Assembly: GCF_018350175.1 (NCBI RefSeq)
Contig: NC_058368.1
Span: 147,996,001-148,060,000 of the forward strand
Length of the DNA stretch: 64,000 nt
Reading direction: 5' to 3'
Source of the DNA: Felis catus
Lineage: Eukaryota
The translations under genes were made by a program, and so were the position numbers. The notes below the pieces were generated by a model. It was not told the origin of the DNA. It saw only the letters and a list, made by a program, of their open reading frames with translations, and made no database searches. Each line of letters begins with the position of its first letter. Within the stretch, counting starts at the first letter, position 1. This document shows, piece after piece, positions 1-12,821 of this stretch.

Positions 1-54
1 AGGGCAGGCTCCATCATCAGAGAAGAGTAAAGCTTTAATCAAAGGCTGGAGGAA

Positions 55-190
55 GAAGATATATTCTGCCAACAATCAGTGATCTTCAAAGAGGACCTTG
101 AATGACAAATGAGAATCTTAGTTCTAGTTACATACACTTCAATCAGTCTGCTAAAGACCCTAAGACAAGGACCCAACTAAATACACATGT
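55..190 (+). mobile_element. MaLR (MLT1-type) LTR remnant
   Basis: ttctgccaacaa...gaggacc...atgagaa...agaccct...ggacccaactaa resembles the MLT1D/E core; heavily diverged, boundaries approximate. Confidence 0.5.
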
Positions 191-901
191 CTTTTGGATA
201 ATGTGGTGATAGATGTCTTTAAAGAGGGTTCTTTATATTACCTGGAAATTCTTGGTCATCATGAAAAATATATATTCCCAGTACTGAGAAGTGTGATTAG
301 CCCTTGGTATACACTAGAACAACTTTTGCTTAAAAAGGAGAAAAATCCATATCATATATAACTTTCATTCCTCCAAATGCCCTATTTCTGAAAATGAGGT
401 CATATTAAAAGTCAAATTATATAGGAGTAATCTGAATATATGCATCATGTATTCTTTTTTTCTAAATATGAAGCTTATTTCATACTATAGGACTGGTTCA
501 ATAGCTATTTCAAAACATATACCAAATATTATCAGTTAATGTTCTCTAGTTCTCAGGAGGTTTCTACTGTTCTAAGTGTTATAGGAGGAAAAAAAAAGAT
601 TAAGAGAAGGAAATTCTCCACTCTACAAAGCTAAATATTTTCAAACATAACTTTTAAAATCCCCTGATTTTCTCCATTGTACTACCTTCTGGCAATCTGC
701 TCTGAACAGTACCTTCAGAAAGTACTTCGTGCATCACCCTTTGGAGCCCTAGCAGCCTTCTCTTTGTGTTCTTCAGTGTCAGGCCTAATTTGAGGTGTTC
801 TTTTAGTTGGAGGGGCCAAATACATCATTCCTACTACCAAGTTGTGGGGACAAGGGATCCATGCGGTGATACCATTTGGTCACTCTTTATTAAAAATTTA
901 G

Positions 902-1125
902 GGGGCGCCTGGGTGGCGCAGTCGGTAAGCGCCCGACTTCAGCCAGGTCACGATCTCGCGGTCTGTGAGTTCAAGCCCCGCGTCGGGCTCTGGGCTGATG
1001 GCTCAGAGCCTGGAGCCTGTTTCCAATTCTTGTCTCCCTCTCTCTCTGACCCTCCCCCGTTCATGCTCTGTCTCTCTCTGTCCCAAAAATAAATAAACGT
1101 TGAAAAAAAAATTAAAAAAAATAAA
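902..1125 (+). mobile_element. CanSINE, young SINEC_Fc type
   Basis: ggggcgcctgggtggcgcagtcgg head with A and B boxes, CT tract, aataaa and A tail; perfect 11-bp TSD taaaaatttag at 891-901 and 1126-1136. Confidence 0.97.
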
Positions 1126-3976
1126 TAAAAATTTAGTACACTTACAAGGAAAGGGAGGAAAACAAGGCAAAGAAGCAACATGTTTTTCCTCTTTAAAATA
1201 TCTTAACTTATGTTAAATGGAAAAAATATTTTAACTTCTCTGACTTGGAAATTATAATGGTGTGAATGAAGTCTTTGACCTCCTTCTATTTCATACTTGT
1301 ACTACACTGCCCAGTTTTACTTTGAATTTATACTGAACACCAAGATACTGAGTCAACACCTACATACCTTTTCCCCAACCCTCATTAATTCTCTGCTTGC
1401 AACAGATGTTCCTCTCAAATATAGAAATGACCACCAATTCACAGATGAGGGAATTAGAATATGAATAAATCAATTTGCAAAGTATTTAGGAGTCAGCATT
1501 TCTGTCAATTTTCTTGAAGGCTTATTGCAATTCAAAACACACAATTTGGTTATATTGAAAATGCTGCCAATTTGATAAACAACAATAAAAGCATTAACAA
1601 TTTTGTTGTTTACATTTGGTAGATCTAAATCTAAGTTAAATTTTAGTAAGACGGGGAACAGAATAATATTTTAACATTTTGAAGTCTATCATGATGATAT
1701 AACATTTATCATCATTTTCATGTTCCTCAAATACAGAAACTGAACCTAAATATTACCAGGAAAATGCTAACAAGATAAAATAGCTAACACTTGTAAAGCA
1801 TCAGTTCTTACATGTGACTTCATTAGCTTTCCTTACAACTTCCATAGCAACTATGGTAAAGTGTACAAACATAACTAGCCATGTGGAGGCTTAACAATAA
1901 TCTTTAAACTTGCTGAATACATTCAAGTCTTTTGCCTTCACTACAGGCCTTTATTTATTTACATAATGTACTGTGTTAGGTAAGTTGCTCAAGTTATTAT
2001 ATTGACAAATCCATAACATTTAGAGCAACAGCATTCAGTTATTCAAATTCTACTTATGAGGCTTGTCTTAAGTAAGCTTTCTAAGTCAGGAGAGAAGAGG
2101 CACTTTGGCTTAAATTCATTTGAAACTTAAACAGCATTTACTGGTTAGACTGGCATGACGTGTTAATCTGTTATTGAGCTAGTTTTATGGAAGGCTTGTC
2201 ACTTAGCTCTGTGAGAATGGGAAGAGTGAACAGTATTAGGGTTGCTATCTTCTCTAGGGCTTAACCCTCTGTTTGGGAATATAAAATGAGTAAAGTATCA
2301 GTTCCTTTCCCTGTGTGAAAGCAACACAGAAAACTCATTTAGCTGTATTGGTTCAGGCCCACCTCTAACATGCGCATATACACACCCACCACCACCACCA
2401 TCACTATGTGCAATGACTCAACTTCAGAGGAATGAAGACAGATGCCTATTTCAATGACAAGAGTCAGAGATGGGGAATTTCTCATCATCTGCAGCATTTT
2501 TTTTCAACTTGAAGAACTGGATAAAAAAATCTTCAAATATGAACTTTGAAGGTCTCATAGTGAGAACACAGCAATGCAGTTCTTAACTCTTTGTCATTTA
2601 TGGTCAAATATAAAATTTAAAACATGTGATTTGGCAATAATATTTACTGACATTTCTAGGTAATAAACAAAATATTTCCTTTTCTGTTATAAGCCTTTGA
2701 AAAAATATTACAAACAGCAGGTACTCATTTACAGATTTGACAGGAAAATTTCTGGCTAACCTTGGTATCTTTGAAAAGGAGCTAAATTGTTTCAAGGCTA
2801 CATATGGAAATGTCTAGCAATATTTTCTGTTAGATCTTACAATAAAGAAAGCTAATAAATTCAGTGCATTTATTTCTTTACAGATGTGATCTGGAGACAT
2901 TTCATGCAGAAGGAAAGTAAATGGGAATGGGGGCTTTGTGGTGATTGCTGCCAGCAGGTGGAAAGAGATCACAGTTAAGTGCATTTTTCTTTCTCTGTGT
3001 CCACCTTCTTGGGCCCAGTCATGTCAACCTGCAATTCTGTGCCCCAATGACCATTGCACTCATATCTTTTTAAATAGAGAAAATAGAAGACAGAATACTG
3101 TGTCTTTTCCTTAACTAGAAAAATATGAGTCTTCTCTTTTCCCAAGAGGGGAGAGAGTTTGGCTGATTCATTTAAGGATAAATATTTTAATTGACATTTA
3201 TATATTCAATTACACCTATGAAATAGATAATAGTTATTATTGAGCAGATCTTTGTGGAATTAAAATATGTAAAATATTTTGGTGACTCTTAGTATAGTAT
3301 CATTCATAAAATTCTATTCATGATGTAACAAAATTTCATGAATGTAGCTATTCATCCTAATAAATTATGAAGTAAATTATAAAGCAAGTTGTAAGAAGGT
3401 TTGATGGAAGATCATGATAAGCTATTATGCATACATTCAGGAAGTGAATGTAAGCTATTACCAAATACCTTGAATAGCAAGCAATTTAGTGTATTTATCT
3501 TAAGGGGAAACAGTCTCCATACCTTAAAGAAAGAATATTTGTACACCAACTGAATATTAATATTGCATTTGAACCAAGGAGTAGGGACACACTGCATACT
3601 AGAAGTCATTTAACCTACCTCCCTTTATCAAAGCACAAAGCAATCAAAGTCAGATCATTTTCTTTTACGTCCTTTACTATCTTGAAGAGAAAAGGTCATG
3701 TACCTTCTCTCAAAAGCATAGAGCTACCATTGCAATATTTTCAAAGATTATATCTTATGCAGTCATGAATTATTAGAGCTGAAAGAGACCGTAAATATTT
3801 ATTTATTTTTTTTAATTTTAGAGATGACCACTTAAAAAGATTTACCCAAAGACATGCAAACCATTATTGTGAAGTAAATACTAGGACCGATAAATTCTTC
3901 TGGTCAGTCCTACAATATTTTTACAACATTCTACTTTTCCTCTGGCATATTTTTTTCAAGATAAGGGTAATCATTT

Positions 3977-4385
3977 GCATTAGTCTAGTTTGACTAAACT
4001 ATGCTGCAGTAAAAGACAATCCTCAAAGACAAACCTAGTGATTTAATATAGCCAATTTATTCTCAGGCAACAATCCTGATAGGTTTAGGTAACATGCTTG
4101 GGCAGCTGCCCTCCAGCTTCTATCACACCTCCTTTGGTCTTCTGGGCTCTACCATCTCCCTGTGAGTCTCCATCACCATGACTGCGGGAGAAGGAGCATA
4201 AAGAGTTCACACCTGCCCTTCTATGCTTTGCTTTTGGTGTTAGCATCATTTTTGATTATAGTCCAAAAGACAGAATTAATCTTATTACCACATCTAACTA
4301 CAAGGGTACTGGGGAAATTGTCATTCCTGTAACCAAGAAGGAGAAAACAAGTAGACTCTGGTTAAATACTAGTAATGTCTTACTA
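3977..4385 (-). mobile_element. MaLR LTR (MLT1J/K/L-like)
   Basis: tgcattagtctag...ctatgctgcagtaaaagacaatcctc...agtgatttaa resembles the reverse-complemented 3' end of old MLT1 LTRs. Confidence 0.55.
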
Positions 4386-4878
4386 ATAATATCTTCCTCA
4401 CCATCTTATTTTATAAGCCATCATATCTATTTGAAGTTGGATATCCTCTGCTACTTTTTAGATGTGTAATTTGTATAATTTATGCTTCATATAGCTTTCT
4501 TCCCTACTATATATTAACTGGACCACTGGTCTTATATTAATCAGTTTGGTAGCTCTGGAACCATATTCTGATTTTCACATGGTAAATATCCACTAATGCT
4601 TTTTTAAATGAATAAATAAATAAGTAAATGAATGGTAGCTGGTCACTCAGCACTAGTTTCTTATGAGTAATTTTATCATACTGTTACTGCTCTGGCAACT
4701 TATATACATCTTACTTTGGCTTCAAATCAAATCTTCTCAGTACAGCCATATCTTAACTGGCCAATAGTATTGTCACCTCCGTCTAATGGAATTTTAGAAT
4801 TCTGTGAGAAGTAATTACTTACCATTTTCCATGTATCACATGACAGTATGTAGCATTGGAAAAACAGAAATAAGCGGA

Positions 4879-5090
4879 CAGCATAGGGTCTAATATCAAA
4901 GGACTGGAGACAGCAGCTAGATTCAAATCCTAGCTACTGTCAACCTTTGTGACCTTGGCAAATTATTTAAACTCTCTGTGCTTCAATTACATCATCTGTG
5001 ATACAAGAATAAAAATAATGCAACTATTTAATAGACTTTAAAAATATTAAATGTGATACTCCATAAAACACTTTTAAAAAGCTTGAACCA
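4879..5090 (+). mobile_element. MIR SINE remnant
   Basis: MIR core attcaaatcctagct...tgtgaccttggcaaattatttaaactctctgtgcttcaatt...catctgt. Confidence 0.75.
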
Positions 5091-5636
5091 GGTATGGAAT
5101 AAATTATATCATACTTAGATATTATATATTTGACATATAGGTTTTCTCTCCAAAGCTACATAGTCCACCCTCAAGGTCGGGGACTACACTGAAGGAAACT
5201 CAAATACCAAGGTCAATGAATTCCCCTTAGAGACTTTCAAAAATATTTAATCAAAAGGATATTTCCAGAATATTGAAATCTTCCCAGGCAGACTAGGCAT
5301 ACCTTGAAATCAATGTAATTGAGCTAATTAGTTATAGGGGTAGCATAAAAGATATTTTAAAGGACTAAGATTTACCAAAACAAAGAATGGCAAGTGATTA
5401 ACTTCTTAGCATACAGAATCAGACTTTTATTGAATTATGATTTTCATCTATTATTTTATGTAATACATTACTTTTATATTCTCCCTTTATAATCTATTTA
5501 TGCAGAGAACACACTATACAAGTAATAAATAGACAAATAGTAGGTAAAAATATGGGAGAATTTTTAATACTTTAAAGGTTAGCCTTATATATCTCAGGTA
5601 ATTTCAGCTCAGAATTGAGTGAAATAAATTCTATTA

Positions 5637-5637
<1 letters not shown>

Positions 5638-5685
<48 letters not shown>
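5638..5685. repeat. (TTA)16 microsatellite, likely derived from the poly(A) tail of the adjacent L1
   Basis: Counted directly; abuts the 3' end of a minus-strand L1. Confidence 0.95.
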
Positions 5686-5686
<1 letters not shown>

Positions 5687-6093
5687 CTTAATTTAAGTCC
5701 AAGTTAGTTAACATATAGTGTAATAATGATTTCAGGAATAGTATTTAGTGATTCATCACTTGCATATAATACCCAGCAAATTTCCTCCTTAATGCCCCTC
5801 ACCCATTTAGCCCACCCACCTCCCCAGCACCCGCCAGCAACTCTGTTTGTTCTCTGTATTTAAGAGTCTCTTATGGTTTGTCTCCCTCTCTGTTTTTATA
5901 TTATTTTTGCTTCCCTTATGTTCATCTGTTTTGTTTCTTAATTCCACATGATTGAAATCATGTATTTGTCTTTCTCGGACGTATTTTGCTTAGCATAATA
6001 TACTCTAGTTGCATCCACGTTGTTGCAAATGGCAAGATTTCATTCTTCTTGATCGCCAAATAATATTCCATTATGTAATATATATATCTACAT
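5686..6093 (-). mobile_element. 5'-truncated carnivore LINE-1 3' end (L1_Carn/L1_Fc-like)
   Basis: tccaagttagttaacatatagtg...tttagtgattcatcactt...ttaagagtctcttatggtttg...catccacgttgttgcaaatggcaagatttcattctt is the antisense carnivore L1 3'UTR and ORF2 end. Confidence 0.9.
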
Positions 6094-6250
6094 TCCTATA
6101 CACGTATATATGCATGTAGATATATATATTACATAATGGAATATATATATTATATATACATATATATGCATATATATATGCATGTAGATATATCTATAGA
6201 TTATCTATATATCTATCTATATCTATATCTATATCTATATATCTATATAT
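6094..6250. repeat. Complex TA / TATATC microsatellite containing an inverted copy of the L1 end
   Basis: (TA)n and (TATATC)n units; 6114-6144 is the exact reverse complement of 6063-6093. Confidence 0.9.
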
Positions 6251-6289
6251 CTTATTCTTTAAAATGACAATAAAATAACCTCTACACTC

Positions 6290-6460
6290 TAACCAGGAAG
6301 TAGAGCAACTGCATCATTTAATCCACACCTGGAGACATAGGTACTATTAATCAACACAAATATTTATGGATGAAGTAAATTAGGGTCAGAAATATTAAGT
6401 AACTTGCAACAAACACCTAGGTAGCAAATGGCAGAGTTAGAAATTAATATCATATCTACA
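6290..6460 (-). mobile_element. MIR remnant
   Basis: ggtactatta...gatgaagtaaattagggtcagaaatattaagtaacttgc...gtagcaaatggcagag matches the antisense MIR core. Confidence 0.6.
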
Positions 6461-9400
6461 TTTGTGTACTTATTTTCAGTTAAGCTGCCAGGTACAAATA
6501 GGTTAATCATAAATATTGCCTCATGGTACACTAGTGATTGGTCTGTATAAAATGCTCTTTTTATTTATTTTATATAAGTAAAAATTTGTATATAATCAAT
6601 TTATATGTATTATAACATAAGAACACAGAAACCCAACAAAAACAGAATCTAAGACTGCAAAAATATCTGTGTCATCTATCCCCATCTTGTACCCTCCTCT
6701 TTCTGCCCTTGAAGTAACCAACAGTCTGAACTCAATGATCATTATTACCCTACCTTCTTTTATATCCATTTATCTCCTAAAGAGTATATATAATAATGAT
6801 TCTTTTACTTTGTAAGATGTGTGTCATGTTGCATGTAATATTTCAGATTTAGATTTTTCACTTATTGCCCATATTTAGTCGTACCATAGACTGTTACTGG
6901 ATATTATATTCATTTTGAGTACTGATTATATTCTAAACAATGAATGTAACCCATAACTTCAAATTTCTACAAGTACATTTCTTTAAAAATCTGTAGCATG
7001 TTACCTAGAAATGAACAATTCAAAATATGCTAATAAGGATGAAATATTTTAAAAATTTCAATAACGCAAACAATGTAAAAGAAAAAATGCAGGGTTATCA
7101 GGCATTTACTGTTATTCATTGGTAATTAATTATGTTTTTTCCTTAAATAAGCTTATGACCTGATTACATTTGTAGATGAGTCCATTTATCTATGTGTAAA
7201 CTGTATGGATGGACCAAGTGCAGAAATCAATCAGCATAATTACAAAACTTTTATCTGTGGTAAACTTCACTAAAATATTTCATTATATTTTATCATCAGA
7301 TTTAAATGCTGTCTGTGCAAAGTATAGCAGACAAAATTTCAGAAGATTAGAAACTGCATGAGGAAACAGGTAGTTCCAGTTTAACTCAGGGGTAGCCTCC
7401 CCTGTAAGATCACTGTTGGAGCAGATAATAGTGTAGTCTTGGGTTTATTTGTAGGATAGATCACATGTTGCTAGGGATTACTTAGGAAGATCTCTGACAG
7501 CCCCAAATTCCCATGCTATTTTCTTATTCTGTGAAATGGAAAAATAATACCTTTACTGTGAGGAATCAATAAGAAAATACCCATAAATTTCCTGAGTGTC
7601 TCATTACACAATTTATAAGAACTGTGAATACTATGAAACCTCTGATACATATTTTCTATTGGAGGACTATAAATTTCCTAGATTAAGAAGAAGTATTGGC
7701 ACTTTCAAAAATTAACTTTTAAGAATCATTGTTACAAAAGGAAGTAACCAATTGTACCAGACTGATTCTCAGCAATCAGGATTCCAGCATAAAGAATGGG
7801 TTCCAGAGTTTCAGGTCTTCACAGTATGACTTGAAGCACTCAGGATACTGCTTACAAATGGCCAGGTTCCACAGCAGCCACCCATTTATTAGCAAAAAAA
7901 TTCTCCTTGGAGATTAACTGAAAGTCTCATATAGCTTCCATCCCACTTGGAATGCAGAGAAGCAATTAAGGACCATATGACTTATCCTTTCCTCCATCAG
8001 TCCTCTCCCCAAATCCAGCCCTTCCCACTATAGATAATTCACAATAGGCCTAAAAAAGGAAGAACTCTTACACACTGCATTTTGTATCTCATCTTGAAAA
8101 GAACTTTATTTTGTATTCATTGTGCATCTAAAGAAGAGAGAGCACACATAAAATAAGGGAAGACAAGGTATCCCTATGTTAGTTAGTGACATAGTGATTG
8201 GTAGGATCATTGAGGTGCAGTGTGAGGAACCTAGGTTTGCCTGCCTAAAACTACCATGAAATGCATTAAAATGGAGGTCCCCAGAGGGCAAAATAAAGTA
8301 TGACAATAAAACTACTAGGTTTTATGTTCTTTTAAATTAACAGGAGAATTAAATGAAGCAAATTTAAAATGGCTTTAAAAGACTTTCAATACCATAAAGG
8401 CAAGAAGTTAGGACTTTGACTATGCTTTACTCTCCACCTTCTGTTAATGTGTGCCAGTACAAATTCCCCTTCACAGAGCACCTGTAAATCTCTGGTTAAT
8501 AGGCAGTAGGATTTACTAAAAACAACTCTGAGAGGAAATTGCCTTAAGTTAGAACATTTTCTTAAAATACATCCAACTTTTTATTTTACAGAAAAATTGG
8601 GATTGTAAACTGACCTTTCACTCTTATTTTGACAAACTGTAAATTAATTCACTTGCAGTTGCATTCTTGGACATTATTCAGGCCCTTAAATCTCTACATT
8701 TTCATGCTTTCTTGCCCTCTACTCACCTCTGCAGTCCAGAATTTATTCACCTTCTTTTTAGGGTATGAATCTGTCCTATAATGAAGGGCAACCTGTTTAG
8801 AGCATGTTTACATTACCTGTGCCTAGCATACTAGAGGCACTACAGTAGCAGGAGACTCCCCTATTTATAAAGCTATGATGAGCCTAAATGTTTCTTCTTC
8901 ATTCATGTGGCCCTCCAAGGGAGTGTAGCCCCAAAGAATGCATCATGCAGAACTACAAGCATTTTAACAATAGTAAATACATTATTTCTATCCTACTACA
9001 CCCACCCCTCCATGTGTGGTAAATTGAGAAGCTTTTATGGTATTATAACATTATAACATTGTCTAACTCCACTCGAAACCTGAAACTTCACATTGGTTTT
9101 TGTTACCAGAATAAACAAACAAACAAGCCAACCTGGATCTATAATCCAAACAAAGCTTGGTGCAATAAAGTCCTAGAACAGAAAAATCTATTTATTCTTC
9201 CCATGATTTTTAGAAGGTTTAACTGAGGCAAGACATATCAAGTTCTTAGATACATGCATGCCTGCAACTGTAAGTGCTCACTGGGCTATTTTATATTAAA
9301 AATTATTATAAATTTTAAGAATAAATAGGAAACAAGGGTTGAGGGTTGAAAAAGTCTATGTGATCATGCTTTGTGCGATTTTCTTTCATACAATTGTTTC

Positions 9401-10152
9401 AATTTACAAATGACATAAAGTCTACATCTCCATTAGGAAAATAACCCTTACACATAAATTAAAATTAGTACTTCAAAATGTAGAAATGAAATGACCACAA
9501 CAACATTCTTAAGGCCATGATCCTAAATTTCAACTCATTAACATTAAATCACAATTATATTTGGTATAGAAGGAAAGCATCTAAAGATTCCACTTAAATT
9601 AAGTGCACTTAGGCACAATTATCACTAGTATACAATTTGAATCACATGGGATAAAGCCTTAGCAATTGGCTTACCCACAGGCAAAATAGCAAGTGAAATC
9701 TAAAAATCAAAATTTAGATGACTAGTTTTGTACTTTACACTTAAATGCAAGCAGAATAAATTGTTTTCCAAAAGTCCATAGTATAGAGAAGAAATGAATA
9801 CACATGTGTAAAGATTTTATCTAGAAACTTGGAATGAATTTAAGAGCTTAAAAACGTCAATTTTTCATCTATCTAATATGGGAACTATAATGCTAATTAA
9901 TATATGAGAGTAAAGTTCTTTTTCTTTTTAAAAATACCATTTCTTTTGAACACAACAATCATATACATTTTTTTAAAAGATGACATTATACCTAAAAAGA
10001 AAATTTTTATAAAACTTTGTTTCTTGGAAGATCAAATGATAAAATTTTAAAGGCAAAGATAATTCATACAAAAGTCAATCAAATCTTCTCCCCAGTGCTG
10101 AAACCTGCATCAGAGCTGATCATCTCACATTCACTGAAATATTTCTTCCAGG

Positions 10153-10185
<33 letters not shown>

Positions 10186-10849
10186 CAAGCAACAAAACAA
10201 AATGAAAAAAAACCCACCTGTGCTTTTATCAGTAGCATATTCTAATTGTTCAATCTCTCTTACTGACCAAAAAAAAAAAAAAAAAAAAAAAATCTGCTTT
10301 CTTGATATAGAACGTGTAAGTTTTAATAACTTTAGTCAATTCATGTATTTGTGTTACTTAGTCTACCTTAAGAAAGCAGATTACTTCTCTAGCCTATGAA
10401 GCCTATTCCAACTATGGACTAACCAGTGGAGAGAAAACCAGGGCTGTTATCTTCCTTGATTTGAGAATGTTTGCTTGTACTAAAAGAGTCTTAAGTTTTA
10501 TTACTTAGGTATTACTGGAAATCATAGTACGTTAGCATATATTACACTTGTAGTCCACCAAAACTTAGGACTTTTTTTCATATTATGTAGGTACCTATAA
10601 GTCAAGACTACACTAGGACTATGTAATAGATTTAGCATCCAGAAGTGGTATATTTCACTCACTTTGCTTCTTTTTAATTGATAATATTTTAGTGATTTCA
10701 AATCATCTAACTCATACAGGAAATTAATTTTTTCAACTCTCAATTGCTCTTTTATTTTTAGTACTGTTCCAGCCAAAATTATATTTATAAGGACAGTTGA
10801 TATGTTTATTAAGGTCTTTCATAGAAATAGGATATATTAAAAACTTTTG

Positions 10850-11500
10850 CAAAGCTTCCTATTTTTGACTATGTAGTGTAATGCCATTATAAACATTTGT
10901 ATTTATCATTCAACGTAAATGTGAAAGGATTTCTCTAGAGTATATAAGTCATATATAATACAAAACTTTTCTAGATAAACCCAAACTGTTTTTCAAATAT
11001 ACTCCCAACAGCATTGTAGAAAGCATTTTATTGGTTTATATCTTTGTCAACATTAGGTGTGGTCAAAATTTTAAATCTTTGCCAATCTGGTTGATATGTA
11101 ATTACAACCTACTTTGGTTTTATATTGCATTTACTTAATTTTTTATAGTGTTGGCTCCTTTGCATTGGTTTATTGGCCCGTTGGAAATCATAGAGGGAAA
11201 AGAGGAAGCATACTGGTGTCAGGCAAAGTGGATTCCAGTAATGAGAAACCATTTGCTAACTAATGATTGTAAAAGATTTCCTTTCAAGATGATACAAGTT
11301 TTTGATTCATTTTCAGTTTGATTCATACATCTTTTTTCTTATTAAAATTTTGTCCATCTATCAATCCATTGATCTATATTGAATGATCTAGAACACTAGT
11401 CCTTTCTGATTATGTGTATTGGTTATATATGTTGGTTATCTATGCCTTATTTTTACTCTGTCTTTTGATAAAGGGAGATTTATAATTTTACTATGGACAA
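10850..11500 (-). mobile_element. Ancient L1M (L1ME-like) 3' fragment
   Basis: actcccaacagca...tctttgtcaacattaggtgtggtcaaaattttaaatctttgccaatctg...ttgcatttac is degraded antisense L1 ORF2 end. Confidence 0.6.
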
Positions 11501-11629
11501 AGTTAACATATAGTTAGGAGTTATAGTTAGGAGTTGTTTTTGGAAAGTGTAATTTAACCAATGCCATTCATTATTAGTATCAGGGACTTGAACTAAAAGC
11601 CCTAGGTATGTAAAAAGGTATTCTCATAG

Positions 11630-12193
11630 TGTTAGAGTAGGCAGTTAAATAGTAATGAGCAGTGATGGAACCGAAATATACCTATTACTTACCAAAGGAG
11701 AGTGAGGCAAACTGGTGAGGTTGGGAAATCTCTGGGGCAAACAGGTGACTAAGGTCAGGTGTATCCTCAAATGATCCGTCCCCCATTATCATATCATTTA
11801 CATTGCAGTTTTGGAGGATCTCTGCCTCTAAAATCAACATGACAGTTCTGATTAATCCAAATAAGGAAAGGGGTTGTACCTGAATTCCTGGAAAAGGCAT
11901 GCCATTACCAAAAAAGATCCCACCTACTCAATGAATACTTCTCTCCTAATTATTCAAAATACAATAAAAGCTTGGAAACAAGGAATTTCAGGCAATTGTT
12001 CCCTCAAGTCTGTCTGGTCTTCTTCTAAGAATGTACATTCACATAAATAAACTTTCTGCTTGTACCACTCATCCGCTATGTCTAGTCTGTCCTTGAATTC
12101 ATTCTTGTGAGCACCAAGGGACTTCTGCCGACTCTTTTAGATGGGTCAGGTCAAGTCCTCAGGGCCCAGGTATCCCCAGCAAACCAGGCAACA
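11630..12193 (+). mobile_element. Solo ERV1-class LTR (564 bp)
   Basis: Starts tgttagagtaggcagtt and ends ggcaaca (TGTT...AACA termini); flanks atag and acag fit a 4-bp TSD with one mismatch; AATAAA at 11963 and a U5-like tccttgaattcattcttgtgag segment. Confidence 0.75.
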
Positions 12194-12329
12194 ACAGGTA
12201 ACTGTTTCTTTGGCTTTCTCCTACTTCATCATTTCTCTTATTCAAATATACTGAACCTTTATTTTTAGTTAGTAACTTTTGGGGAGTTCTCAACAACAAA
12301 AAAGTTTTGTTCTCTTTATCTTAATAATA

Positions 12330-12680
12330 GATATACAGCTGCCCACAGTGCTACCCAGCTGGACTAAAATTTTCAGCCTCTGCTGCAGTTATATATGACT
12401 ATATTTTTATGTGGAATGTAAGCAGAAGCAATGTCTACAAACTTCAGGTCTAGTACTTACTTTTAGAGTCTGTCTGCATGATCTTCAACCCCTTTCTTCC
12501 TTTTAGGATAGGCAGAACAATCCTAGGGTACCAGGGTTACAAATTACTAATAAGCAGAGATATACTACTGAATTTTCTGGTCTCTTTCAAACTATTAAAC
12601 ATGAGATAACTGAAATTATATGGTTTTAAAGGTATATATTTGAGTCTCACTGTCAGAGAAATATAGTATTTAAACTAGTA
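12330..12680 (+). mobile_element. Old ERVL-class LTR remnant (LTR33-like)
   Basis: gctacccagctggactaaaattttcagcctctgctgcag...ggaatgtaagcagaagcaatgt resembles LTR33-type sequence. Confidence 0.4.
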
Positions 12681-12821
12681 CTTGAATGTTTATAATAAAA
12701 CTGGTAATTTTACTTTTTTAGCAGGAGGACCTATCCATGTAACCAACATGCATGTTCACCGTATTTAACTTCAGTTAACAGAAAACCAAGGTGTTTTTCA
12801 GGAAAAAAATGCAAAAGAAAG

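Noticed and set aside
902..980. tRNA-like A and B boxes at SINE heads
   Set aside because: These are tRNA-derived SINE heads continuing into CT tracts and A tails, not tRNA genes.
766..1181. ORFs of 60-110 aa overlapping SINEs (also at 19562, 23748, 29360, 44636, 50524, 52294, 57065, 58418)
   Set aside because: They are translations of CanSINE sequence (GAWVAQSV.., EPGACF..), not genes.
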